A DNA stretch of 64,000 nucleotides from Gemmatimonadales bacterium (GCA_041613315.1 JBFJHJ010000002.1:32001-96000), one strand, 5' to 3'; positions 1-10,212 are shown, numbered from the stretch's first letter. Made by a program: numbers and translations. The notes: a model not told the origin generated them from the letters alone.

Positions 1-2
1 GC

Positions 3-914
3 ACGCAGCAGATGTCCGCATCCACCCAGGAGATGGCGAACACCTGTCAGAACCTGAGCGGACATGCGACGGATCAAGCGGCGATGGTCCGCGCAGCCGC
101 GAGCGACGCCGGGCGCATCCTCGATATCGCCACCCACCTGGCCGATGGCGCGAAAGTGGCGGCCCAGCGAAACGCCGCCCTCAAGGACGTGGCGGAGAGC
201 CACCGGCATCGCCTGATGGAGGGGAGCGCGCAACTCGGTACGCTGGCGAACGACCTGGAGCGGGGCGCCGCCGACGCCGAGCGGCTCGCTGGCCTCTCCG
301 AGGAGATCCAGAAGTTCGTGACCCAGGCGCGGACGATCGCGAGTCAGACGAACATGCTCGCGCTGAACGCCGCGATCGAAGCCTCCCGGGGCGGCGGCGG
401 CGGCGAGGGCCGGGGATTCGCGGTCGTGGCGGACGAGGTTCGCAAGCTCGCGAACCAGGCGGCGCGCGCGGCGGCTACGACCTCGCAAACGGTCACCGCG
501 GTGCTGGAGACGGTCCAGGACATCCGGACCCGTTTGGCCCGGCTCGCCGAGGCGAGCGCCTCCGTCCGAGAGATCGCCGAGGCGGCGGCGGGCGCGCTCA
601 AGGAAGTGGCGGGAGGGGCGGCGGAAACGAGCGCCTGGACCGGGGAGATCTCCGGCGCCGCCGGGAACGTCCGGGGCCTCGTGCAGGAGATCAGCGAGCG
701 ACTGGAGACGATCGCCCAGGGGACGGAATCGGTCGTCTCGGCCGCCGAAGAGATCGCCGCGTCCGCCCAGCAGCAAAGCGCCTCCACCGAGGAGATCGCG
801 GGGTCCGCGGCACGGCTCGCCGAGGCCGCAGAGGGGCTCACAGCGGCCGTGAGCTCGTTCCGGCTGGCCGGGTCGCGCCCGCGTCCCGGCCCCTCGCGCT
901 CGGCTGCCGCCTAA
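3..914 (+). CDS. Methyl-accepting chemotaxis protein, C-terminal signalling domain (5'-truncated by window edge)
   Basis: Hallmark [16 protein letters not shown]...[15 protein letters not shown] and methylation helices ([17 protein letters not shown]); frame is open to the window start. Confidence 0.93.
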   Translation, partial: TQQMSASTQEMANTCQNLSGHATDQAAMVRAAASDAGRILDIATHLADGAKVAAQRNAALKDVAESHRHRLMEGSAQLGTLANDLERGAADAERLAGLSEEIQKFVTQARTIASQTNMLALNAAIEASRGGGGGEGRGFAVVADEVRKLANQAARAAATTSQTVTAVLETVQDIRTRLARLAEASASVREIAEAAAGALKEVAGGAAETSAWTGEISGAAGNVRGLVQEISERLETIAQGTESVVSAAEEIAASAQQQSASTEEIAGSAARLAEAAEGLTAAVSSFRLAGSRPRPGPSRSAAA

Positions 915-2509
915 CGCTCGCCGTTCAGCGTCGCGAACCGCACTTCCACGACGTCAGGCAGTCGAGCGAGCGCGTCCAGCACGCGGGGACCCGGTATCTG
1001 GTCCACGACGATCGCCGCCAGCGCATCGGAGCCGGCCCGCTCCAGCCGCGACTGGTGATACGACGCGATGTTGATGGCCGCTTCCCCAAGGAGCGTCCCG
1101 ACCCGGCCGATGACGCCAGGCACGTCGCGGTTGCGCAGCACCACGACATAGCCGTCGGCCGGGATGTCCACGGCGAAGTCGTCGATCCGGATGATGCGGC
1201 CGGAGCGGTCCCCGATCACGGCCCCCACGACACTCACGTGCCGCCCGGCGAGCTCGAGCGTCACCCCGACGGTCGTCTCGAACCCCGCCACCGCATGGCC
1301 GGCCCGCCGACCGATCGTGAGTCCCCGCTCCTCCGCGAGCACGGCGGCGTTCACCAGGCTCACCGGACCCACGCCCATCCCGGCGAGCGCGCCCTCGACC
1401 GCCGCCAGCATGACGGGGCGTGGAGCCGCTTCGTCCGACCCGCCGTAGGACACCTCCACTCCCCGCACGCGTCCCTGCGCAATGCCGGCGGCCAAGCGGC
1501 CGACGCGGCGCGCCAGCTCCAACACCCCCGCCAACCGGGCCAACACCTCGCTCGAGAGCCCTGGGAGGTTCACGGCGTCACCCACCACACCGCTCACCAG
1601 CGCGTCCCGCACCGCCGCGCAGATTTCCTGCGCCACCCGCTCCTGCGCTTCCGAGGTTGAAGCCGCCAGATGCGGCGTGAGCAGGACCCGGCCGCAGCGC
1701 CGCAGCGGCGACTTTGCGGGGAGGGGCTCCGGATCGAACACGTCGAGCGCCGCGCCCGCGAGCCGCCCGCTCTCCAGCGCTTCGAGCAGTGCGTCGTTGT
1801 CGACGAGGCCGCCCCGGGCGGTGTTCACCACGACCGCGCCGGGCTTGAGGAGCGCCAACCGCTCTCGGTTGAGGAGATGATACGTTTCGTCGCTGAGCGG
1901 AAGGTGCAGGCTGACGACGTCGGCGCGGGTCAGCATCTCCTCGAGCGAGCGCAGCTCGACCCGCAGCGCCCGGGCGCGCGCCTCCGGCAGGTAGGGATCA
2001 TGGGCGATCACCTGCATGCCGAACGCCCGCGCCACTCCCGCGACGTGCGCGCCGATCCGCCCGAGCCCCACGAGTCCCAGGATCTTGCCGCGCAGCTCCG
2101 AGCCGGCGAAGCGCCGCCGGTCCCACTCGCCCGCTCGCATGCTCGCCACCGCCAGCGGGATCTTCCGGAGCAGCGCCAGCAGCAGCGCGAAAGTGTGCTC
2201 CGCTGCGCTCACCGTGTTGGCTCCCGGGGCGTTGAGCACGGCGACGCCTCGCCGCGTAGCGGCCCGGAGATCCACGTTGTCCACGCCCGTACCGGCCCGA
2301 CCGATCACGCGCAACTCCGGCGCATCGGCGATCATCGCCTCGGTCACCAGGGTGTCCGAGCGCACGATCAACGCGTGGGCGCGCCGGAGCGCTTCGGGCA
2401 ACCGCCCGGCATCGGCGGCGGTGCACACGACCTCGAGCGCCGGGTCCGTCCGCAGCAGCTCGAGCCCCGCGTCGGCGATCTGGTCCGCGACCACGACGAC
2501 GTAGCTCAC
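911..2509 (-). CDS. serA: D-3-phosphoglycerate dehydrogenase (long form with ASB and ACT domains)
   Basis: [31 protein letters not shown]-terminal ACT ([12 protein letters not shown]); GTG start at 2509 overlaps the upstream stop (GTGA). Confidence 0.93.
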   Translation of the reverse strand: MSYVVVVADQIADAGLELLRTDPALEVVCTAADAGRLPEALRRAHALIVRSDTLVTEAMIADAPELRVIGRAGTGVDNVDLRAATRRGVAVLNAPGANTVSAAEHTFALLLALLRKIPLAVASMRAGEWDRRRFAGSELRGKILGLVGLGRIGAHVAGVARAFGMQVIAHDPYLPEARARALRVELRSLEEMLTRADVVSLHLPLSDETYHLLNRERLALLKPGAVVVNTARGGLVDNDALLEALESGRLAGAALDVFDPEPLPAKSPLRRCGRVLLTPHLAASTSEAQERVAQEICAAVRDALVSGVVGDAVNLPGLSSEVLARLAGVLELARRVGRLAAGIAQGRVRGVEVSYGGSDEAAPRPVMLAAVEGALAGMGVGPVSLVNAAVLAEERGLTIGRRAGHAVAGFETTVGVTLELAGRHVSVVGAVIGDRSGRIIRIDDFAVDIPADGYVVVLRNRDVPGVIGRVGTLLGEAAINIASYHQSRLERAGSDALAAIVVDQIPGPRVLDALARLPDVVEVRFATLNGER

Positions 2510-3597
2510 GCCATCACCTCCTCCAGCACCCCAAGGAACTCCCGCACGCCGTCCGGCGTGTGATCGCCCATGTGCCCGATGCGGACCGTCGACTCCTTCA
2601 GGGCTCCGTAGCCCGAGCCGATGGTCCAGCCCCGCGCCGCCACCGCCTGCGCCAGTTGGCGGCCGTTGCTGCCGGTCGGCACGTGCAGGCACGAGACGGT
2701 GGCGGAGCGCCGGCCGGGCGACGGCAGAAACGCGAACCCGCGCGTCTTGCCCCGGTCTTGCGTCCATTCCTCCACGGCGGCTTGCATCGCCGCGTGGCGC
2801 TCCCAGCGGGCTTCGACGCCGCCTTCCGCGTCGATCCGCGCCAGCTGCCGCTCGAGCGCATAGAGCAACGAGAGAGCTGGCGTATTGGTGGGCTGGTGGC
2901 TCTCCGCCGCCTGGGCGAAGGCCAGGAGATCGAGGTACGCGCCGCGTTCCGGCACCGTCTTCGCACGCGCCAGCATCCGCTCGGACGCGACCCCAAGGGC
3001 GAGACCGGGCGGGAGGGCCAGCGCCTTCTGGGATCCGGTGAACACAAAGTCGAGGTGCCACCCGTCAGACTCGACCGGGGAGCCGGCGAGCGAGGTGACG
3101 GCGTCGACGAGCAGCAGGACATCGGGGAAATCCTGGACCACGGCCGCCAGCTCGGCGAGCGGGGCGAGGGCGCCCGTCGAGGTCTCGGAGTGCACGAGGG
3201 TCACGGCGTCCACGTCCGATCGTTTGAGGGCGTCGCGCAACATGTCCGGCTCCACCGTGCACCCCGGGGCCACGTCGAGCCGGATCACGTCGCGCCCCGT
3301 GGCCGCCACGATGCCGGCGAACCGCTCGCCGAACGCCCCGCTTACCAGACACAGCGCGCGGTGCCGCACCCCGCAACGCACGGCCAGCTCCATGAAGCCG
3401 GTCGCGGCGCACGTGCCGATGAGGACGCGCCGCTCCGTGCGAAACAGCCCCTTGAGCGGCTCATCCATCCCGGCCAGAAGTTGGACCATGGCCTCGCCCC
3501 GATGCGCGATCATGGGACGGCACATGGCCTGGAGAATGTCGGGGTGTACCTCCGTGGGGCCCGGCAGCAGGAACCGCCCGAACGCGGGCGCCGTCAC
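2506..3597 (-). CDS. Class V PLP aminotransferase (alanine-glyoxylate/serine-pyruvate type)
   Basis: LLPGPT, HSETSTG, VDAVTS, GSQKALALPPG (PLP lysine), RIGHMG; GTG start overlaps the pncA stop. Confidence 0.9.
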   Translation of the reverse strand: MTAPAFGRFLLPGPTEVHPDILQAMCRPMIAHRGEAMVQLLAGMDEPLKGLFRTERRVLIGTCAATGFMELAVRCGVRHRALCLVSGAFGERFAGIVAATGRDVIRLDVAPGCTVEPDMLRDALKRSDVDAVTLVHSETSTGALAPLAELAAVVQDFPDVLLLVDAVTSLAGSPVESDGWHLDFVFTGSQKALALPPGLALGVASERMLARAKTVPERGAYLDLLAFAQAAESHQPTNTPALSLLYALERQLARIDAEGGVEARWERHAAMQAAVEEWTQDRGKTRGFAFLPSPGRRSATVSCLHVPTGSNGRQLAQAVAARGWTIGSGYGALKESTVRIGHMGDHTPDGVREFLGVLEEVMA

Positions 3598-4265
3598 GCG
3601 GTCCGGGGCTCTACGGCGGCGGCTCCTTTCGGGGTCATCGCCAACGCGTCGGCCGTCGTGATGATCGTGACGCCCCGCCGCGTCCAGTCGGCGAGCAGCC
3701 GGTCGCGCTGCTCCGCCACGATGGGCTTGGTGGCATCCGTCACGAGGAACAGCCGCGTCTCGGGACGACGCGCCAGGAGTCCCTCGATGGCGTAGCGGTT
3801 GCAGACATCCAAGGCGACGCCGTAGACCACGATCACTTCGGGATCCAGCGCCGCCACGACGGGTTCCACGTTGGGGTTGGTAAACACGTCGAAGCGGTGC
3901 TTGTGGAAGAGGAGGTCGCCCTCGTGCGCGCGGACGCGTCGTCGCAGCGTCGCGGGATCCTGCGGATCGGGCTCGATGACAAGCGGATCGCGGAGCGCTG
4001 TCTCGGGAATCTTCCGCTGTCCGGGCGTGCCGCGGAGGCAGTGGGGTGGGAACGTCTCCGCGAAGTCGGGCGTGTCGGAGATCTCGGGGTGCCCGGGCAC
4101 GTGATCGTCCGCGCTCGCGATCACCCGGATCCCCTGTGCGTGCGCGTGCGCGGTGAGCCGGCGCAGGTTGGGGATGATGTGTTCGGCCTCCGGCACGTAG
4201 AGCTTGCCGTCGGCGTGCATGAAATCGTACTGCGTATCGACGTCCCAGAAGATCAGGCCCGACAT
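3594..4265 (-). CDS. pncA: Nicotinamidase / isochorismatase-family cysteine hydrolase
   Basis: DVDTQYDF, DDH, FPPHC, K, GVALDVC triad pattern; adjacent to a nicotinate PRTase. Confidence 0.8.
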   Translation of the reverse strand: MSGLIFWDVDTQYDFMHADGKLYVPEAEHIIPNLRRLTAHAHAQGIRVIASADDHVPGHPEISDTPDFAETFPPHCLRGTPGQRKIPETALRDPLVIEPDPQDPATLRRRVRAHEGDLLFHKHRFDVFTNPNVEPVVAALDPEVIVVYGVALDVCNRYAIEGLLARRPETRLFLVTDATKPIVAEQRDRLLADWTRRGVTIITTADALAMTPKGAAAVEPRTA

Positions 4266-4347
4266 GGCGGCCCTCCCGCGTGCGTCTCGAGGTCTGCATG
4301 GCGCACCGTGAAACATAACGTGCCGGTAGCAGGATGCATCGCCGTCC

Positions 4348-5412
4348 CTAGACGACCGGTTCCAACCGCGGATTCGGCCGGTACGCCCGCCCGACCTTCG
4401 CGCAGGGCTTCCCGTCCGCCATCACGACATCGGCGGTGAAGTCGTAGCGCCCATGCTCGCGGAACAGCGACGAGCCGACGCCGTAGGCATCCACGGGTAC
4501 CCCGTGCTCCTCGAACTGCCGGATCTTCTCGACGGTGAACCCGCCGGACACGATGATCTTGACGTAGCGGAACCCCTCGGCATCCAGCGCCCGCCGGACG
4601 TTCCCGACGAGCTGGGGGTTCACGCCACGGGGGTCGAATGTGCCCATCTGGGGAATGACCGACCGGTCCACCAGCGAGGCCGACGTGTCGAGGCGCACCC
4701 CGTAGAGCCGCTCCCCCAGAGCGCGGGCCACGGCCAGGGAGGTACCCACGCAGTCATTGTCGAAGTCCACGAGGCTGACGATCTGTACGTGCGCGGGCAT
4801 GTACTCGGCGAACTTGCGCGTCGCCTTCACGGTATCGCCGTCATAGGCGGCGATGATCGCGTGGGGCACGGTCCCCACGCCTTCGCTGCCCCACCACGAC
4901 GCCTGCGCGTCGGTGGAGACACCGATGGCGCCGGCGATGTGCGCCGCATAACCGTCGCCGGTCTGGACCAGCCAGTGATCGTGCCGCGCCGGGAAGAACA
5001 TGACGTCCTTCGGCTTGGCGGCCTCCACGACGAGTCGCGTATTCGTGCCGACCCGCGTCCGGCGCGCGAGCACGCCGAGATACAGCGTCTCGAGGTGCGC
5101 GAACGCATCGTAGGGGCCCTGGATGGTCATCGCGGTCTCCCACGGTGCGACTTCGTCCCCGTCGTAGAGGGCGTGTACGGTGAGGTGCTGCCACTCCACG
5201 GCGCACAGCTTGAGGATCGCGATGGCTTCGTCGACCCCACCCAGGTAGGCGCGCGACTTGCAGAACACCTGCATCAACACGCGGGGGTGGTGACGGTCGG
5301 CGAGGAGCACTTCACGCGCCCGGGCGAAGTACTTGTCGCTGTAGTAGCCGGTGCGCATTTTCTCGACGGGCAGGTGGAAGATGGACGGGTCGAGCCGCGG
5401 TCGCCTGGGCAT
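4348..5412 (-). CDS. Nicotinate/quinolinate phosphoribosyltransferase-family protein
   Basis: YSDKYF, FPARHDH, GTVPH, LVDFDND, GVRLDTS, IIVSGGF, YGVGS; ATG at 5412. Confidence 0.85.
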   Translation of the reverse strand: MPRRPRLDPSIFHLPVEKMRTGYYSDKYFARAREVLLADRHHPRVLMQVFCKSRAYLGGVDEAIAILKLCAVEWQHLTVHALYDGDEVAPWETAMTIQGPYDAFAHLETLYLGVLARRTRVGTNTRLVVEAAKPKDVMFFPARHDHWLVQTGDGYAAHIAGAIGVSTDAQASWWGSEGVGTVPHAIIAAYDGDTVKATRKFAEYMPAHVQIVSLVDFDNDCVGTSLAVARALGERLYGVRLDTSASLVDRSVIPQMGTFDPRGVNPQLVGNVRRALDAEGFRYVKIIVSGGFTVEKIRQFEEHGVPVDAYGVGSSLFREHGRYDFTADVVMADGKPCAKVGRAYRPNPRLEPVV

Positions 5413-5414
5413 GG

Positions 5415-6125
5415 TCAAGCGGTGTCCTCGGTCATCGTGTAGTCGAGGCGGCGCCGCCGGAGCCAGCGCACGCCGAGGGCATCCCGAAACCCCCGCAGCG
5501 CGCGGTTCCAAGCGCCGTACTTGCTCCGGCCGCGTCGCCGCGGCCGGTGCGTCACCGGCACCTCCACCACACGACCACCACCCAACCGGATGAGCGTGGG
5601 GAGAAACCGGTGCATGCCGTCGAACCGCGGCAGCGCCGCGGCCGTCCCGCGGCGGATCGCCTTGAGGCCGCACCCGGTGTCGCGCACCCGGTCGCCGGTG
5701 AGCCGGTTGCGCACGGCGTTCGCCACCCGGCTCTGCGCCCGCTTCCACCACGAGTCCGCGCGCCCCACGCGATACCCCACCGCCGCGGCGAGCCGCTGGT
5801 CGTCGGCCAGCGGGGCGAGCACCGCCGGAAGATCGGCGGGATCGTTCTGTCCGTCCGCGTCCAGCATCACGATCGGGTCGCCCCGCGAGGCCTCCATGCC
5901 CGCCGCGAGGGCGGCGCTCTGCCCCGAGTGCCGGCTCAACCGTACGATCCGAAGCGTCGGGTAGCGTTGCCGCAAGCGCCGCAACTCCTCCAGCGAGCCG
6001 TCGGTCGACGCGTCGTCTACCGCCACCATTTCGTGCGCCCGACCACCCACGGCCCGCGCCAGCTCGGCCAGGAGGGGGGCCAGGTTGTCACGTTCATTAT
6101 AGACAGGTAGGACGACCGACAGCAC
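5415..6125 (-). CDS. Glycosyltransferase family 2 (polyprenol-phosphate glycosyltransferase-like)
   Basis: VVLPVYNE, VDDASTD, DADGQNDP, DTGCGLK, HRFLP, GRSKYG; start approximate. Confidence 0.88.
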   Translation of the reverse strand: MLSVVLPVYNERDNLAPLLAELARAVGGRAHEMVAVDDASTDGSLEELRRLRQRYPTLRIVRLSRHSGQSAALAAGMEASRGDPIVMLDADGQNDPADLPAVLAPLADDQRLAAAVGYRVGRADSWWKRAQSRVANAVRNRLTGDRVRDTGCGLKAIRRGTAAALPRFDGMHRFLPTLIRLGGGRVVEVPVTHRPRRRGRSKYGAWNRALRGFRDALGVRWLRRRRLDYTMTEDTA

Positions 6126-6156
6126 GGGGACGGCACTCCACGGTCCGGCGCGCGGG

Positions 6157-6216
6157 AACCTACGGCGCGCCGCGGGTGGAAGCAAGTTGACAGCCGGTCG
6201 GCTGCTGCGGTTTATT
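6157..6216. promoter_or_regulatory. Back-to-back sigma70-like promoters
   Basis: Minus strand TTGCTT(6185-6180)-17 bp-TAGGTT(6162-6157); plus strand TTGACA(6187-6192)-18 bp-TTTATT(6211-6216), between divergent genes. Confidence 0.45.
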
Positions 6217-6256
6217 GGGGCGCCCCGCTCTCGTCCGCTCAGCCGGGAGGTTTCCC

Positions 6257-7300
6257 GTGTCCGAACCGCTTTCGCGCCGCACGTTTCTCGGCGCGGCATC
6301 CGGCCTCGCCGCCGGCTCCGTGCTGGCACCCAGCCTCGCAACAGGGCTGGAGGCGCCGGCCATCCATATTCGACCGCCGGCGAAAAACATCGTCGTCGCC
6401 TCCGCAAACGGCCTTCGGGGGGTCCAGCGCGCCGGAGAACTCGTCGCGCGGGGCATGGACACGCTCGATGCCGCCATCGAAGGCGTGAAGATCCAGGAGT
6501 TGGACCCGACGGACCATTCGGTCGGGTACGGCGGCCTGCCCAACGAGGAGGGCGTTGTCCAGCTCGACGCGTCCTGCATGCACGGCCCCAGCCGCCGAGC
6601 CGGCGCGGTCGCGGCCCTCGACGGCATCAAGACGCCCAGCGTCGTCGCCAAGTACGTGCTCTTATACACCGACCACATTCTGCTCGTCGGCGAGGGCGCG
6701 AAGCGGTTCGCGCTGTCCTACGGGTTCAAGGAAGAGAACCTCCTCACCGAGGAGGCCCGAGAGATCTGGCTCCGGTGGCGGGCCAACCGCAGCACCGACG
6801 ACGACTGGCTGGACGTGCCGACGACCGAACCGATGGTGATCCGGCCCACCGGCACGATCAACATGAACCTCGTCAACACCAACGGGGACATCTCGTCGGT
6901 GACCACCACCAGCGGGCTGGCGTGGAAGATCCCCGGCCGCGTGGGCGACTCGCCGCTCATCGGGGCGGGCCAGTACACGGATAACGACATCGGCGCCGCA
7001 GGATCCACGGGTCGCGGCGAAGCGAACATCAAAGTATGCGGCGCCTTTCTTACCGTAGAGTTCATGCGGCGTGGGCTGAAGCCGACCGACGCCGCCCTCG
7101 AGACCCTTCGCCGAGTCGTCGCCACGACAGAGCCCCGCTTGATGGACGAGGCGGGCCGTCCACAGTTTCAGCTCACCTTCTACGCCGTGAACAAACAGGG
7201 CGCGTTCGGCGCCGCGTCGCTGTATCCGTCGCGGTACGCGGCGTTCGACGGTGACGCCGCCGCCCATCGGGACACGGCGCACCTGTTCGAGCGGCGGTGA
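6257..7300 (+). CDS. N(4)-(beta-N-acetylglucosaminyl)-L-asparaginase family Ntn-hydrolase with Tat signal
   Basis: SRRTFL Tat motif, SVGYGGLPN, LDASCM, G-T nucleophile site (TGTIN), TTTSG, GRVGDSPLIGAG, TGRGE; SD GGAGG at 6246. Confidence 0.9.
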   Translation: MSEPLSRRTFLGAASGLAAGSVLAPSLATGLEAPAIHIRPPAKNIVVASANGLRGVQRAGELVARGMDTLDAAIEGVKIQELDPTDHSVGYGGLPNEEGVVQLDASCMHGPSRRAGAVAALDGIKTPSVVAKYVLLYTDHILLVGEGAKRFALSYGFKEENLLTEEAREIWLRWRANRSTDDDWLDVPTTEPMVIRPTGTINMNLVNTNGDISSVTTTSGLAWKIPGRVGDSPLIGAGQYTDNDIGAAGSTGRGEANIKVCGAFLTVEFMRRGLKPTDAALETLRRVVATTEPRLMDEAGRPQFQLTFYAVNKQGAFGAASLYPSRYAAFDGDAAAHRDTAHLFERR

Positions 7301-8481
7301 AGAACGGGGTCGGGCTCGCCTGCCTTCTGATCGCGTGCGCCGGGCCGGTCCAGGCCCAGTTCCCGCCCATGCCGGCCCTCGGCCGGGACTGGATGGCGAT
7401 CGCGTATCCCAAGCTGTTCTACGCGGGGCGGGAAGGCATGACCTTCGGGTTCTTCACCGGCCAGGTCCTGCCGCACACCTTCGATGACTTCTTCGCGCCG
7501 CCGCCGTACCGGGCGGCGCTCCTGCTCGACGGCCAGCTCTCCACCTCCGGAAGCAAACACCTCCGGCTCGACGCGCGCCTGCCACGAGCGGTGGACGGCT
7601 GGCGGTTCGTGCTGTCGCTCGCGGGGCTCCGCAGCGCGCGGGAGCCGTACTTCGGCCTCGGCAACGCCAGCATCTACGACCGGGCCAATGAGACCGACGC
7701 GCAGCCGCATTTCTACCGCTCCGATCGGGTACGGCTCTTCGCTCGCGGAGAGGTGCAGCGCCGCCTCGTCGGGCCGCTCCGCGTAGTCGCGGGGTTCCAC
7801 GCGGAGCGATGGAAGCTCGATACGCTACCCGGACCGAGCCAACTCGCCCGGGACGCCCTCACCGGCGCGGTGACGGGCGTGGGCCGGTACGCCAGCGACG
7901 TGTCGACGCGAATCGGGCTGGTCCTCGACACGCGGAACGACGAGCCCGCCCCGACCCGTGGAGTCCTGCTGCAGGCGATCTACGGGGTCGCCGACTCGAG
8001 CGTCCTCGGCGACCTGTCCTACACCCGCCTCACGATCTCAGCGGCCGGCTTCCTGCCCGTGACCGAACGGCTCACCCTGGCGGCGCGGGTCTTGGGCCAG
8101 TCCATCGGGGGATCGCCGGGGGTGGGAACGCTGTATCTCATCGAAGCCAGCGACGAACCGTTCCGCGGCATCGGTGGCGACCGCTCCCACCGCGCGCTGC
8201 GTACCAACCGCCTGCTCGGCGCGGACAAGCTGCTGGCCAACTTCGACGTCCGCTACACGGTGTTCGAGCAGCCCACGGCCGCTCGGGTAACGCTGCTCGC
8301 GTTCCTCGATGCCGGGCGAGTGTTTCCAGGTGACGACTTCCAGGTGACGACCGATGGGCTCCACGTGGGCGGCGGCGGCGGCTTCTTTCTCCAAGTGCTC
8401 CGCAACGCCATCCTGGGCACGACCATCGGGACGGGCCCCGATGGTGTGGTCGTGAAGCTGCATACGGAATGGAGTTACTGA
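7297..8481 (+). CDS. BamA/TamA (Omp85)-like outer-membrane beta-barrel protein
   Basis: Signal peptide, amphipathic strands, DTRNDEPAPTRG, HRALRTNRL lid-loop-like motif, FLDAGRVF, terminal aromatic (WSY). Confidence 0.7.
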   Translation: MKNGVGLACLLIACAGPVQAQFPPMPALGRDWMAIAYPKLFYAGREGMTFGFFTGQVLPHTFDDFFAPPPYRAALLLDGQLSTSGSKHLRLDARLPRAVDGWRFVLSLAGLRSAREPYFGLGNASIYDRANETDAQPHFYRSDRVRLFARGEVQRRLVGPLRVVAGFHAERWKLDTLPGPSQLARDALTGAVTGVGRYASDVSTRIGLVLDTRNDEPAPTRGVLLQAIYGVADSSVLGDLSYTRLTISAAGFLPVTERLTLAARVLGQSIGGSPGVGTLYLIEASDEPFRGIGGDRSHRALRTNRLLGADKLLANFDVRYTVFEQPTAARVTLLAFLDAGRVFPGDDFQVTTDGLHVGGGGGFFLQVLRNAILGTTIGTGPDGVVVKLHTEWSY

Positions 8482-9062
8482 GCGGGGCGACTCGTGGGGA
8501 TGGGCGCTGCGGCGGCTTCGTTCGTTCCGGCCACATTGAATAGCGCGAGCACCTCGCGGAGCGTCGATTCCCCCCGATCTCTCCCGTAGCGGCGCATCAA
8601 CTGCGCGTAGAAGTCGTCCTTCGCGAGGCGGCCCCGGTTCGAGACCGCCCACGCCTGGATCGCCTGGGGCCGCGGGCCCCACGCTCCCAGCTCGCGGAAC
8701 ACCGGATCGAGCGCGATCACGATCGGGATCGAGCGCGTGCCGTTCGTCAGGTACCGATCCATCACCTCGGGGTATTCGTCCCGCGACAGTACGCGCATCT
8801 CGAGGCCGCCCGACGCGTCACGGAGCTTGGCCAGCACCGGCAGCGTGTTGGCGGCATCCCAACACCAGTCCTCGTTGAGGATGAGCAGGCGCCCGCCCGC
8901 CGCGTCCCGCCGCGCCTGCGCCACCGCCCAGTCGGGAACGCGCGCGACCCGATAGACACCATCCCACAGACCCTTGAGTTCGCTCGCCTCTCGCACGAAG
9001 TCATCGTACGGGATGGCTTCGCGCCAGAGGTGGGCCACATCGCGCACGTCGGCGACCGTCAC
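8475..9062 (-). CDS. Thioredoxin-like protein (Thioredoxin_9 type, single Cys)
   Basis: EDWCWD, YLTNGTRSIP, WGPRP motifs. Confidence 0.8.
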   Translation of the reverse strand: MTVADVRDVAHLWREAIPYDDFVREASELKGLWDGVYRVARVPDWAVAQARRDAAGGRLLILNEDWCWDAANTLPVLAKLRDASGGLEMRVLSRDEYPEVMDRYLTNGTRSIPIVIALDPVFRELGAWGPRPQAIQAWAVSNRGRLAKDDFYAQLMRRYGRDRGESTLREVLALFNVAGTNEAAAAPIPTSRPAQ

Positions 9063-9063
9063 C

Positions 9064-10212
9064 TCAGTCTCCCCGGCACTCCGTGATCTTGACCCCCCGC
9101 CGCCCCAGCTCCGCGACGTACGGGGCGTAGGGCGTCGCGCGGTACGCCGGTCGCACGCCGGGCCCGCCGACCTGCCCCGCCACCTGCATCAGCGCCGTGA
9201 TCGACAGGGAGTAGCCCGTGGTCCGCATCATCGCGCTGATCCCGTGCTCGCGGTCGAAGTCATCCAAGAGTTGGAACGTCGCCGTCGCCGGGCGGCCTGC
9301 CGCCGTTCCTTCGGCGACGACCCGCAGGACAGCGACGTCCTCCACCCCGGGCCGCCGCAGCTTCGGATCCACGAGCCGGATGAACAGGTCGCGGGGCCGC
9401 ACGGGCACGCCGCCCACGTCCACCGGATCCACCGAGAGCAGGCCTAAGTCGCGGATCGCACGCATGATGTGCGCATGTCCGGGGTAGCGCAGGGTCTTGT
9501 ACTCCATCGCCTGCACCCGCCCCGCGAACTCCCATGGCATCGTCGACACACCGCCGCCGGTATGAAACGCCTCGAGGGTGTGCATCGGTTCCGGGAACGT
9601 CACCGACTCGAGCTCCGAGAGCGCATCGACACGGGTGGGTTCCCCCCCTCGGAGGACCCAGGACGGCGTGGTGTAGTAGTCGAGCGCCCCTTCGAGCGAA
9701 TACACGACCTGGTAGTTGAGCGGTGGCACCGGATTCCGAGGGAGCCCACCCACGTACATCTTCACCCGCTCGGTCCGCTCGAGCCGCCGGATGCCCTCCG
9801 CGGCCAAGATGTTCACCATGTCGGGCGCCAGGCCGACATCGGGAATCACCGAGACGCCGTTCGCGCGGGCCGCGGCGTCGAGCGTCTCTTGCTGCCGCAC
9901 GATCTCGGTGTTCCCGCCGAGGTCGGCAAAGTGCGCCCCCGCCTCGACGGCGAGCCGCGCCATCGGCAAGTTGAAGTAGTAGGGAAGCGCGCTGAGCACG
10001 GCGTCGTGCCCCTGCATCGCCGCGCGGGTCGCCGCCTCATCCCGCGCGTCGAGGGTGAGGCTCGCGAGCCGTGTGCCCTCCCAAGGCTCGAGGAAGGCGG
10101 GGAGTCGGTCCAGCCGACGGTCCGCAATCGTGACCGACGCCTCGCTCATGCTGAGCAGGTCGTACGCGCTCGCGGAGCCCTGGAGCCCGCCGCCCAACAC
10201 CAGCATTCTCAT
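9064..10212 (-). CDS. Saccharopine dehydrogenase / lysine 6-dehydrogenase family protein
   Basis: GGGLQG Rossmann motif, ALPY, DLGGN, VGGLP, EAFHTGG, YKTLRYPGH, AMMRTTG. Confidence 0.85.
   Translation of the reverse strand: MRMLVLGGGLQGSASAYDLLSMSEASVTIADRRLDRLPAFLEPWEGTRLASLTLDARDEAATRAAMQGHDAVLSALPYYFNLPMARLAVEAGAHFADLGGNTEIVRQQETLDAAARANGVSVIPDVGLAPDMVNILAAEGIRRLERTERVKMYVGGLPRNPVPPLNYQVVYSLEGALDYYTTPSWVLRGGEPTRVDALSELESVTFPEPMHTLEAFHTGGGVSTMPWEFAGRVQAMEYKTLRYPGHAHIMRAIRDLGLLSVDPVDVGGVPVRPRDLFIRLVDPKLRRPGVEDVAVLRVVAEGTAAGRPATATFQLLDDFDREHGISAMMRTTGYSLSITALMQVAGQVGGPGVRPAYRATPYAPYVAELGRRGVKITECRGD

Noticed and set aside
911..6407. N-terminal extensions in the ORF track (serA 716 aa, aminotransferase 597 aa, PRTase 467 aa; likewise thyA 451 aa and dipeptidase 636 aa) as fusion proteins
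   Set aside because: The extensions overlap neighbouring genes or intergenic DNA; family motifs begin at the internal starts I used
8475..9062. Second selenoprotein in the thioredoxin-like gene
   Set aside because: The active-site codon is TGT (Cys) and there is no in-frame TGA
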